Shown here: one piece after another, positions 51,335 to 59,747 of the stretch
Layout: each line of letters opens with the position of its first letter
Numbering within the stretch: the stretch's first letter is position 1
Source: an uncultured Acidobacteriota bacterium
GTDB taxonomy: Bacteria; Acidobacteriota; Vicinamibacteria; Vicinamibacterales; CAVVIG01
Assembly (NCBI GenBank): GCA_902825985.1
Contig: CADEDC010000019.1
Span: 14,137-78,136, forward strand
DNA length: 64,000 nucleotides
Reading direction: 5' to 3'
Translations under genes and position numbers: made by a program
The notes under the pieces: model-generated
Told to the model about the DNA's origin: nothing
Database searches by the model: none
What the model saw: the letters and a program-made list of their open reading frames with translations, nothing else

Positions 51335-52912
51335 CTAGCGGCCGCGGGCCGCCGGCATCGGGACGGCCAGGGCCCGCTCGCGCAGGTTCGGCCGGTCCAC
51401 CTTGCCGGTGCCGGCCAGCCGCGGCAGATCGGGTTCCACGACGATGCGGACCGGCACCTTGTGCGGCGCCAGGTGCCCGGCGCAGTGCGCCTGCAGCATC
51501 CGTTCGCCGTCCGCCGCCTCGCGCCTGAGCACGACGAACGCCACCGGCACCTCGCCCTGCAGGTCGTGCGGCGCCGCGACGACGGCCGCCTCGGCCACCT
51601 GTTCGTGCGCGTGCAGGACGTCTTCGATCTCCTTGGCCCCGACGCGATGGGCGCCGACCTTGATCATGTCGTGACGCCGGCCGACGAGGAACAGGTAGCC
51701 ATCGGCGTCGGCGTAGCCGAGATCGCCGGTCCGATAGCCGAGGGGACCGAAACGTTCGGCGGTCTCCGCCGGGTTGTTCCAGTAGCCGCGGGCGATGTTC
51801 GGTCCGCTCGCCACGAGTTCGCCGACTTCGCCGATGGCCGCCGTCGAGCCGTCTTCGCGGACGACCGTGATGGCGACCGACGGGATCGGGACGCCGATCG
51901 ACCCGAGCTTGTCGGCGAGCCGGTGCGGCGGGACGTAGGTGAGGCGGGCGGCCGCCTCGGTGGCGCCGTACATGACGAAGAACGCGGCCCGCGGGCCGCG
52001 CGCCAGCCATTCCTGGACCTTCGGCGGCGGCATGTTGCCGCCGGCCTGGGTCACGTAACGCAGCGCCGGCAGTTCGGTGGTCTCGAGGTTCGATCGGTGC
52101 AGCAGCAGGGCGAAGGTGGACGGGACGCCGGCGAATCCGGTGACCGCATGCGTGCGCATCGCGTCGAGCACCACGTTCGGAAAGGCGAAGCGGTTGTCGA
52201 TGACGATCGAGCCGCCGACCGCCAGGTGACTGTGGAGGACGGACAGGCCGTAGACGTAGTAGAACGGCAGCACGCACATCGCCCGGTCAGCCGCGGACAG
52301 GCCGAGGTAGCTGACGATGGCCTCGGCATTCGCCACGAAGTTGCGATGGCTCAGCATCACGCCGCGCGGCTCGCCGGTGCTGCCGGACGTGTAGATGATG
52401 GCGGCGAGGTCCTCCTCGCGGCCGCCATCGGCGCCGGCGGCGCCGACGGCCGTGTGCGGCGCGGCGGTCGCCAGCGCCGCGTCCATCGGCCGCACGCGGT
52501 CCGGGCGCGTCGCCGTCGGCGGCCAGGTGCCGAGCGAGAGCGCGATCGGGACGTCGTGGACCGGGCTGGTGGCCGCGAGGCCGCGCCAGGTCGGCGGGTC
52601 GAACAGGCAGGCGCGCGGCTGGCAGTCGCGCACCGCCGGGGCCAGCCGGTCGCTGCGCGCCCCGGCCGGCAGCGGCACCGCGACGGCGCCGCCCCGCATG
52701 ACGCCCAGGTAGGCGGCAACCTGCTCGACGCTGTTCTCGAGCGCGATCACGACGCGGTCGCCGGGTGCGACACCCGCGGCCTGCATCGCCTGCGCGACGC
52801 CGGTGACCGCGGCGTCGAGCGCCGCGTACGTGGTGGTCTGGTCGCCGTCGATCAACGCGACCGCGTCCGGCGTGCGGCGGGCGCTGCGCTCCAGCAGGTC
52901 CGGGATGCGCAT
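51335..52912 (-). CDS. Acyl-CoA (AMP-forming) ligase, exosortase-A-system-associated type
   Basis: 'AAIIYTSGSTGEPRGVMLSHRN', 'YGATEA', 'YRTGDLGYADADGYLFLVGRRHDMIKVGAHRV' and 'GKVDR'. TGATG overlap with the asnB-like stop. Confidence 0.85.
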   Translation of the reverse strand: MRIPDLLERSARRTPDAVALIDGDQTTTYAALDAAVTGVAQAMQAAGVAPGDRVVIALENSVEQVAAYLGVMRGGAVAVPLPAGARSDRLAPAVRDCQPRACLFDPPTWRGLAATSPVHDVPIALSLGTWPPTATRPDRVRPMDAALATAAPHTAVGAAGADGGREEDLAAIIYTSGSTGEPRGVMLSHRNFVANAEAIVSYLGLSAADRAMCVLPFYYVYGLSVLHSHLAVGGSIVIDNRFAFPNVVLDAMRTHAVTGFAGVPSTFALLLHRSNLETTELPALRYVTQAGGNMPPPKVQEWLARGPRAAFFVMYGATEAAARLTYVPPHRLADKLGSIGVPIPSVAITVVREDGSTAAIGEVGELVASGPNIARGYWNNPAETAERFGPLGYRTGDLGYADADGYLFLVGRRHDMIKVGAHRVGAKEIEDVLHAHEQVAEAAVVAAPHDLQGEVPVAFVVLRREAADGERMLQAHCAGHLAPHKVPVRIVVEPDLPRLAGTGKVDRPNLRERALAVPMPAARGR

Positions 52913-54924
52913 CAGCGGGACGGCACCGCGGCGTCGACGCGGTCGACGACGGTGCGAATGACGGCCGGCGCCGCCGCCTGGGGGCGCTGCCGGATGAACT
53001 GCTCGTGCAGCAACTGTGTCGACAGGATGGCGACGACCGCCATGTTGTCGGCGTTGGAGAACTGGCCGCCGGCGGCCCGGGCGCGGCACTTGGCGATGAG
53101 CTGTTCGGCCGCCGCCGGATTGAAGATGCCGGCCGCTGCAAGCGCCTCCCGGCTGGCCACCGCGTCGACCCACTCGCGTGCCTCGGGGGCCGCGAACGAG
53201 AGCGCGTCGGGGGCGCGATACGGCTGCTTCGGCCGGCTGAGAATCGACGCCGGAACGACGCCGCGCGCCGCCCGCTTCAGGACGTGCTTCTCGTCGAGCC
53301 CGCGCAGCTTGTAGGAAGCCGGCAGCGACTCGGCCAGGGCGGCGACGTTGCGATCGAGGAACGGGAAGCGCCCTTCGACCGAATTGGCCATCAGCATGCG
53401 GTCGCCCTGCGACGACAGCAGGTAGCCGGAGAGCAGCGTGACCACCTCCAGGTACTGATCCTGCGCGAGCGGCGACCAGGTCGCGAACGCCGGCGGCAGA
53501 CCGCCCGTCAGTTCGGCGATCGCATCGCCCGCCGGGTCGCGTCGCATCGCCGGTGCCAGCAGCCGCTTGAGCGCCGTGGCGCCGCGCCAGCGGAGATCGT
53601 GGCCGAAGCCCGGTGCCGCCGCCCGCTCGAGCCCCTGACCGAAGAACTGATGGGCGATGGCGCGCTGCGCAACCGGCGATCGTGCCAGGTAGGGATACAG
53701 GCGATCGAGCAGCCGCGGCCGCCAGGCCGACGCCGGCTGGCGGGCCCAGAATCGCCGGATGCGCGCCTCGCGGAACAGATCGTAGCCGGCGAACATCTCG
53801 TCGGCGCCTTCGCCGGTGAGCACGACCTTGATGCCCGCCTGACGCACCAGCCGCGACAGCAGCAGCAAGGGGGCGGGCGCGGTCCGCAGCAGCGGCCGTT
53901 CGCTGTGCAGCACGGTTTCGGGAAACGCGCGGGCGATGTCGCCGCGCGACACGACCAGCTCGTGGTGGTCGCTGCCGATGGCGGCGGCCATCTCGCGCTG
54001 ATAGCGCGTCTCGTCGTACTCGGCGTCCTCGAAGCGCACCGAGAAGGTCGAGAAGTTGGAGCCCTTCGCGCGCAGGCCGAGCGCGGCGATCAGCGAGCTG
54101 TCGAGTCCGCCGGAGAGGTACGAGCCGACCGGGACGTCGGCGCGCAGCATCCGCAGGCCGGTGGCCGCGGTCAAGGCGTCGCGCACCTGCTCGGCCGCCT
54201 CGTCGACGGTCGCGGCGGCCGGCGCCGTCGCGCCCGGGACGGGGAAGGCCGGCTCGTAGGATCGCGCGACGGTGACGCCGTCCGGTCCGTAGCTGCGGAC
54301 GGTGCCCGGCTCCACCTCCTCGATGCCGGCGAAGGCCGTGCGCGGCGCCATCGGCGCCCAGAAGGTCAGCACCTGATCGAGGCCGATCGGATCGATGCGG
54401 CGCGGCAGCGCCGGCTCGCCGGCGAAGAGCGCCTTCACTTCCGAGGCGAAGTAGAGACGGCCATCCTGCTCGGCGACGTGCAGCGGCCGCACCCCGAACG
54501 GATCGCGGGCGAGCGTGAGCGTCCGCGCCTCGCTGTCCCAGAGCGCGACCGCCCATTGGCCGTTCATGCGGCGGAACGCCTGGGCCCCCCACTCCTCGTA
54601 GGCGTGGACGATGACCTCCGTGTCGCTGCGCGTCCGGAACCGATGACCGCGGGCTTCGAGGTCGGCGCGCAGCTCGACGTAGTTGAAGATCTCGCCGTTG
54701 AAGACCACCCAGATGGTGTCGTCCTCGTTGGCGAGCGGCTGCTGTCCCGCGGCGAGATCGATGATCGACAGCCGCGCATGACCGAGCCCGACCTGCCGAT
54801 CCCGGTAGATGCCGAACTCGTCCGGCCCGCGATGCCGCAGGGCACCGGCCATCATCGCCAGCTGATCGCGATCGGGGGGCGCCAGATCAGCCCGACGATT
54901 GAGGATGCCGGCGATGCCGCACAT
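52912..54924 (-). CDS. asnB: Asparagine synthase (glutamine-hydrolysing) family amidotransferase (exosortase-A-associated amidotransferase-1-like)
   Basis: 'MCGIAGIL' and PP-loop 'YLSGGLDSS'. 670 aa. Confidence 0.9.
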   Translation of the reverse strand: MCGIAGILNRRADLAPPDRDQLAMMAGALRHRGPDEFGIYRDRQVGLGHARLSIIDLAAGQQPLANEDDTIWVVFNGEIFNYVELRADLEARGHRFRTRSDTEVIVHAYEEWGAQAFRRMNGQWAVALWDSEARTLTLARDPFGVRPLHVAEQDGRLYFASEVKALFAGEPALPRRIDPIGLDQVLTFWAPMAPRTAFAGIEEVEPGTVRSYGPDGVTVARSYEPAFPVPGATAPAAATVDEAAEQVRDALTAATGLRMLRADVPVGSYLSGGLDSSLIAALGLRAKGSNFSTFSVRFEDAEYDETRYQREMAAAIGSDHHELVVSRGDIARAFPETVLHSERPLLRTAPAPLLLLSRLVRQAGIKVVLTGEGADEMFAGYDLFREARIRRFWARQPASAWRPRLLDRLYPYLARSPVAQRAIAHQFFGQGLERAAAPGFGHDLRWRGATALKRLLAPAMRRDPAGDAIAELTGGLPPAFATWSPLAQDQYLEVVTLLSGYLLSSQGDRMLMANSVEGRFPFLDRNVAALAESLPASYKLRGLDEKHVLKRAARGVVPASILSRPKQPYRAPDALSFAAPEAREWVDAVASREALAAAGIFNPAAAEQLIAKCRARAAGGQFSNADNMAVVAILSTQLLHEQFIRQRPQAAAPAVIRTVVDRVDAAVPSR

Positions 54925-55913
54925 CAGCCGTGCACCTCGGCGATCGGCTCGACGAGCAGCGGACGCATGTGCAGGTATTTCGTCGTCCGGCGCTTCTGAT
55001 CGATGTCGCGGTACACCCGCGTCACCTGTTCGGCGGTCAGGCCGATCGCCGCGCCGACCTCGCCGGCCGGCACGCCGTGATTGCGGCCGTACAGGCAGAG
55101 GTCCATCTTCTGGTAGGGCAGCGCGAAGTAGTACTCTTCCTGCGATTGCGGCATCGAGAACGTGTCGGTCGTCGGCGGACGCCGGCGGATGTCCTCCGGC
55201 ACGCCGACGTGCTCGGCGAGGGCGTAGACCTGTGTCTTGTAGAGATGGGCGATCGGCTTGATGTCAGCGGCGCCGTCACCGAGCTTGACGAAGAAGCCCT
55301 GGTCGTACTCCAGACGGTTCGGCGTGCCGGCCACCACGTAGTTCAGACGATCCGCGTGGTAGTACTCGGTCATCTTGCGGACGCGCTGCTTGTAGTTGGT
55401 GGCGGCAATCATCTGCTGATAGGCGGCAGCCGACAGGCGCGACGTGTGGCGCTCACCGGTGGGTGACTCGATGGTCAACTCCGAGACGTTGAGCCGCTCG
55501 CCGTCGAGGATGGACGGCAGCGTGATCTTGCACTTGAACCCCGGACCATACTCGGGGAACACCGTGCGGATGGCCTCGATCTGCTTGTCGTAGCAGCCGG
55601 CGGCGGCGAGAATCGGCGCGATCTCTTCGAGCTGCGCCGGAACGCCGAGCTTCGTCGTCAGCATCCGGCCCAGGGTCAGCGACTCCGAGGACGAATCGCG
55701 CTCGGGCATGAACAGCACCTGCACGCGTTCGGCGCCCAGGGCGCGGACGCACAGGCAGGTGACGACCGAGCTGTCGATGCCGCCGGACAGGCCGACGACG
55801 ACGCCGCGGCGGTGCACCGACTGCACCTGCTGGCGTATGGCCTGTTCGATGGTGCTGGCGGTCTGTGCGAGATCGATCCGCAGCACGTCTGGAGTGAACG
55901 TCGTCTGAGACAC
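54924..55913 (-). CDS. NAD synthetase (NadE)-family PP-loop ATP-pyrophosphatase/amidoligase
   Basis: 'VVVGLSGGIDSSVV' PP-loop and 'YKQRVRKMTEYYHADRLNYVVAGTPNRLE'. GTG start. Stop shares one base with the asnB-like ATG. Confidence 0.75.
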   Translation of the reverse strand: MSQTTFTPDVLRIDLAQTASTIEQAIRQQVQSVHRRGVVVGLSGGIDSSVVTCLCVRALGAERVQVLFMPERDSSSESLTLGRMLTTKLGVPAQLEEIAPILAAAGCYDKQIEAIRTVFPEYGPGFKCKITLPSILDGERLNVSELTIESPTGERHTSRLSAAAYQQMIAATNYKQRVRKMTEYYHADRLNYVVAGTPNRLEYDQGFFVKLGDGAADIKPIAHLYKTQVYALAEHVGVPEDIRRRPPTTDTFSMPQSQEEYYFALPYQKMDLCLYGRNHGVPAGEVGAAIGLTAEQVTRVYRDIDQKRRTTKYLHMRPLLVEPIAEVHG

Positions 55914-55972
55914 GCTTTTTCCCTTTCGGTCGCTGACCCGTCGATAGTGGTGGAATGGTCGCGGACGTTACT

Positions 55973-55988
55973 AGCAAGGACCACTCCC
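55973..55988 (-). promoter_or_regulatory. Weaker sigma54-type candidate (minus strand GGGAGT-GGTCC-TTGCT)
   Basis: GG-N10-GC spacing and a perfect TTGCT -12. The -24 element is poor. Lies 60 nt upstream of GTG 55913 and 103 nt downstream of the palindrome at 56092-56115. Confidence 0.25.
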
Positions 55989-56091
55989 GCAGCCCAGCCG
56001 GCGTCAGAAACGTCGGCAAAGACAGGAGTTCTCCTGGCGTGCACCGGAACAGTCGCCGCCCCTCCGCCGGAAGTATCGGCTTCTCGGGAGA

Positions 56092-56115
56092 TTAGTCTCC
56101 AGAATCGGAGACTAA
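56092..56115. promoter_or_regulatory. Inverted repeat TTAGTC-N12-GACTAA (9-bp perfect arms TTAGTCTCC/GGAGACTAA)
   Basis: AT-rich palindrome in the divergent intergenic region between the NadE-like gene (-) and the LMW-PTP gene (+). Same architecture as the 1215, 60861 and 48093 sites. Confidence 0.4.
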
Positions 56116-56279
56116 GTTCCCGCGCCGCCGCTGAATCATATCTTGCGCAGCCGTATGTATCGGCGTCTCCGCCGCCGCCGCCGACCGGCCGGACCCTATG
56201 CTAACGTCGAAAGACAGTGGCTCAGGAGGCGTCTCTTCCCGCGCGGTGGCTGCGCCGGGTGCTCACGTCGGCCCCGGCG

Positions 56280-56843
56280 ATGGAGTTCAAGCGCGCGGCG
56301 CGTGACGCCGTCTGGGCGCTGCGCGAACGGGGCGTCCAGAACCCGCCGTGGCCGGCGCGGGTCGACGGTGTGCTCTTCGTCTGTTACGGCAACATCTGCC
56401 GCAGCCCGTTCGCGGCGCGGCTCGCCGCCCTCCGCCTCGAGCAGGCCCGGATTTCCGGCATCCGCTGCGCGTCGGCTGGATTTCGCACCAGCCAGCGGGC
56501 CGCTTCGCCGCCCGACGCCGTCGCCACCGCGCGGCGCTACCAGGTGCAGCTCGAAGACAACCGGCCGACGCTCCTCAGCGACGAGCTGGTGCGCTCGCAC
56601 GACGTCGTGTTCGTCATGGAGCCCGGTCATCTGGCCCAGTTGCGGCGGCGCTGGCCGACCGAACATGCACGGTTCTTCCTGCTGCCGCGCTTCGAGGTGC
56701 CGGAGCCGGGTGTCGGGCCCTTCGAGCGGGTGCACTTCGTCGACCCGTTCGGCCGCGGCGAAGCGGCCTTCGTCGACTCCTACGCCCGGATTGCCCGGGC
56801 CGTGGACCGGGTCGTCGCCCTCTGTGCCGCATCCCGCAGCTGA
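56280..56843 (+). CDS. Low-molecular-weight protein-tyrosine phosphatase (Wzb-like)
   Basis: 'VLFVCYGNICRSPFAA' (C-X5-R-S P-loop) and a 'DPFG' Asp loop. Start uncertain (GTG 56217 or ATG 56280). Confidence 0.75.
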   Translation: MEFKRAARDAVWALRERGVQNPPWPARVDGVLFVCYGNICRSPFAARLAALRLEQARISGIRCASAGFRTSQRAASPPDAVATARRYQVQLEDNRPTLLSDELVRSHDVVFVMEPGHLAQLRRRWPTEHARFFLLPRFEVPEPGVGPFERVHFVDPFGRGEAAFVDSYARIARAVDRVVALCAASRS

Positions 56844-56891
56844 CCGCCGGCGTCCGGTGGATCAGCTTTTGCGAAAGGTCCGCCGCGCACG

Positions 56892-58334
56892 ATGATCATG
56901 AAAACGGTGGCGACGGCCGGCGAACGCGTGCTGTGTGTGGATCTGGACGGGACGCTGATCGTCGGCGACATGCTGTGGGAGAGTCTGATTGCCCTGGTGC
57001 GCCGGCGCCCCTGGGCGGTGCTCCTGCTGCCGCTGTGGCTGCTGCGCGGGCGCGCCCACCTGAAGCAGCAACTGGCCCGGACGGCGGCCGCCGATCTGGA
57101 CGTCGCCGCCCTGCCGTACCGAGACGAGGTGGTGTCGCTGATCCGGCGCGAATTCGCCCGCGGACGCCCGGTCGTGCTCGCGACCGCCTCCGACGTCAGG
57201 CTGGCCTCGGCGGTGGCCAACCACCTGGGAGTGTTCTCCCAGGTGCTGGCGAGCGACGGCACGGTCAATCTCAAGGGGCGGGCCAAGGCCGCGCTGCTGG
57301 TCAAGACCTTCGGCGCCCAATGCTTCGACTATATCGGCGACAGTCCGGCCGACATCCCGGTCTGGCAGTCGGCCGCCACGCCGTGGCTTGCCGGCCATGC
57401 CAGAATCACCGGGGTGGCGAATCTGCAGGCGGTGCATACCGAGGCCGGCTACGGCAGCGAACGCGGTCGCATGATCGTCAAGGCCCTGCGTCCGCACCAG
57501 TGGTTGAAGAACCTGCTCGTCTTCATCCCGGCGGTGGCGGCCCACCGGTTCGACCCGGAGACGATGGTCGCCGTCGTCTGTGCGTTCACGGCGCTGTCGC
57601 TGTGCGCCTCGGGCGGCTACGTGCTGAACGATCTGCTCGACGTCGCCAACGACCGCCGGCATCCGCGCAAGCGCCATCGCCCGTTCGCGTCCGGGCGGCT
57701 GTCGATCGGCGTCGGCATCGGCCTCATCGGCGTCACCTGGCTGGCCGGCTTCGGGCTGGCGGCGGCGACGCTGCCGTTGTCGTTCGTCCTGTTGGCGGCC
57801 GGGTATCTCGTGACCACTGCGGCGTATTCGACCGCGCTCAAGCGCATCGCGGTGCTCGACGTCATGGTGCTGGCCGGCCTCTACGTGGTCCGGGTGCTCG
57901 CGGGCGGCCTGGCAGCGTCCATCATGGTGTCGAGCTGGCTGCTCGCCTTTACACTGTTCGTCAGCCTGAGCCTGGCGTTCCTGAAGCGCTTCATCGAGGT
58001 CCGGGCGGCATCTGCCAGCGATGCGACACACATCCCGGGGCGCGGCTATCGGACCGACGATGCCGGCTGGCTGCATTCGGTGGGCCTGACGTCGGCCTAT
58101 CTCGGGGTCCTCGTCCTGGCGCTGTACGCGAACAGCACCGATGTCACACGGCTCTACGCCCATCCCGAGCGCCTGCTGCTGACCTGTCCGGTCGTCCTGT
58201 TCTGGGCGACCCGCACCTGGTTTCTCGCGCACCGCGGCGAACTGCACGACGATCCGGTCGTCGCCGTCGCGCTGGATCCGGTAACGTACGTCGTGCTCGG
58301 CGTCGCCGGTCTGACGGTGCTCGCGTCGTTCTGA
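56892..58334 (+). CDS. Fusion: HAD-like phosphatase + UbiA-family polyprenyl-phosphate phosphoribosyltransferase (Rv3806c-like)
   Basis: HAD 'LCVDLDGTLI', 'LATAS', 'YIGDSPADIP'. UbiA 'HQWLKNLLVF...YVLNDLLDVANDRRHPRKRHRPFASG' plus about 8 TM helices. Confidence 0.8.
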   Translation: MIMKTVATAGERVLCVDLDGTLIVGDMLWESLIALVRRRPWAVLLLPLWLLRGRAHLKQQLARTAAADLDVAALPYRDEVVSLIRREFARGRPVVLATASDVRLASAVANHLGVFSQVLASDGTVNLKGRAKAALLVKTFGAQCFDYIGDSPADIPVWQSAATPWLAGHARITGVANLQAVHTEAGYGSERGRMIVKALRPHQWLKNLLVFIPAVAAHRFDPETMVAVVCAFTALSLCASGGYVLNDLLDVANDRRHPRKRHRPFASGRLSIGVGIGLIGVTWLAGFGLAAATLPLSFVLLAAGYLVTTAAYSTALKRIAVLDVMVLAGLYVVRVLAGGLAASIMVSSWLLAFTLFVSLSLAFLKRFIEVRAASASDATHIPGRGYRTDDAGWLHSVGLTSAYLGVLVLALYANSTDVTRLYAHPERLLLTCPVVLFWATRTWFLAHRGELHDDPVVAVALDPVTYVVLGVAGLTVLASF

Positions 58335-58357
58335 GCGGCGCTGCCGTGGCCTGCCGT

Positions 58358-59740
58358 ATGGGAAATGCGTCACACTTGAGAGTTGCCGCGTCGAATCCGG
58401 CGCCCGAACGGGTCCCTGCCGGCGCCGAGCGCGCCGGTTCGCTGACCGGCTGGGGCCGCGTGCCGGTGGTGTCCGGCTACGAGCGCCGATCCGAGGATCT
58501 CGAGGCCATCACCCGGGACGTGCCGCTGACGCGTGGCCTGGGTCGCGCCTACGGCGACGCGGCGCTGCCGGCCGCGCCCGATCGCTGCATCGCGAACAGC
58601 ACGCTCGCCGATCGCATCCTGCGCTTCGATCCCGGCACCGGCGACATCGTCGCCGAAGCCGGCGTCTCGCTGGATCTGCTCTATCGCACGTTGCTGCCGC
58701 GCGGCTGGTTCACGCCGGTCACGCCGGGCACCCGCTTCGTCACGCTCGGCGGCATGGTGGCGTCCGACGTGCACGGCAAGAACCACCATGTCGACGGCTG
58801 CTTCGGTCGCCACGTCACCGGGCTGCGACTGCGCGTCGCCGACGGCCGGATCGTCACCTGCTCGCCGACCGAGCACCCGGACCTCTTCCGCGCCACCGTC
58901 GGTGGCATGGGCCTCACCGGTCACATCCTCGAGGTGGCGTTCCGGCTGACGCGAGTGCCGTCGCCCTGGATCTTCCAGGAGACCCAGCGGCTGCCCGATA
59001 TCGATGCCTTCATCGAGGCGCTCAAGGCGTGCGCCGCGACCTGGCCGATGACAATGGGCTGGATCGACTGCCTGTCGAAGGGCCGGGCGATGGGGCGCGG
59101 CGTGCTGTTCCGCGGGCGCTGGGCGACGGCCGGCGAGGCGCCGCAGGCCTTTCCAGCGCTCGGCGCGCCGATTCCGGTGCCGTTCACCTTTCCGCACGGC
59201 GTGCTCGGCCGATCGACGGTGCGGCTGTTCAACGAGGTGTACTATCGCGTCCCGCGGCCGCGCGCGGCAGTCGTCCATCCGAAGTCGTTCTTCTATCCGC
59301 TCGACGTCGCCGGCCACTGGCACCGCCTGTACGGGCCGCGCGGCTTCACCCAGTATCAGTGCGTGCTGCCGGCGTCGGGCGGCCACGGCGCCGCCCGCCG
59401 TTTCCTCGAGGTCGTCACGCGCGGCAGCGGCGCCTCCTTCCTCTGTGTGATCAAGGACTGCGGCGCCGAGGGTGACGGCCTGCTCTCGTTTCCGAAGCCG
59501 GGCATCTCGATTGCGCTCGACCTGGCGATGCGTGACGACACCCAGGCGCTCGTCGACCAGATGAACGAGCGCGTCATCGCCGAGGGCGGCCGCATCTATC
59601 TGGCGAAGGACGCCTTGACCCGGCCGGAACACTTCCGCGCGATGGAGTCGCGTCTCGACACGTTCCTCGACATCCGGCGGACGTGGGACCCGCAAGGGCG
59701 AATCCGCAGCGCGCAGTCGGTGCGGCTGTTTGGCTGGTGA
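58358..59740 (+). CDS. dprE1: FAD-dependent oxidoreductase, decaprenylphosphoryl-beta-D-ribose 2'-oxidase (DprE1)-like
   Basis: 'TRGLGRAYGDAAL', 'VTLGGMVASDVHGKNHH' and 'GGRIYLAKDA'. The track ORF from 56348 is an over-extension. Confidence 0.75.
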   Translation: MGNASHLRVAASNPAPERVPAGAERAGSLTGWGRVPVVSGYERRSEDLEAITRDVPLTRGLGRAYGDAALPAAPDRCIANSTLADRILRFDPGTGDIVAEAGVSLDLLYRTLLPRGWFTPVTPGTRFVTLGGMVASDVHGKNHHVDGCFGRHVTGLRLRVADGRIVTCSPTEHPDLFRATVGGMGLTGHILEVAFRLTRVPSPWIFQETQRLPDIDAFIEALKACAATWPMTMGWIDCLSKGRAMGRGVLFRGRWATAGEAPQAFPALGAPIPVPFTFPHGVLGRSTVRLFNEVYYRVPRPRAAVVHPKSFFYPLDVAGHWHRLYGPRGFTQYQCVLPASGGHGAARRFLEVVTRGSGASFLCVIKDCGAEGDGLLSFPKPGISIALDLAMRDDTQALVDQMNERVIAEGGRIYLAKDALTRPEHFRAMESRLDTFLDIRRTWDPQGRIRSAQSVRLFGW

Positions 59741-59747
59741 TGGAGCG

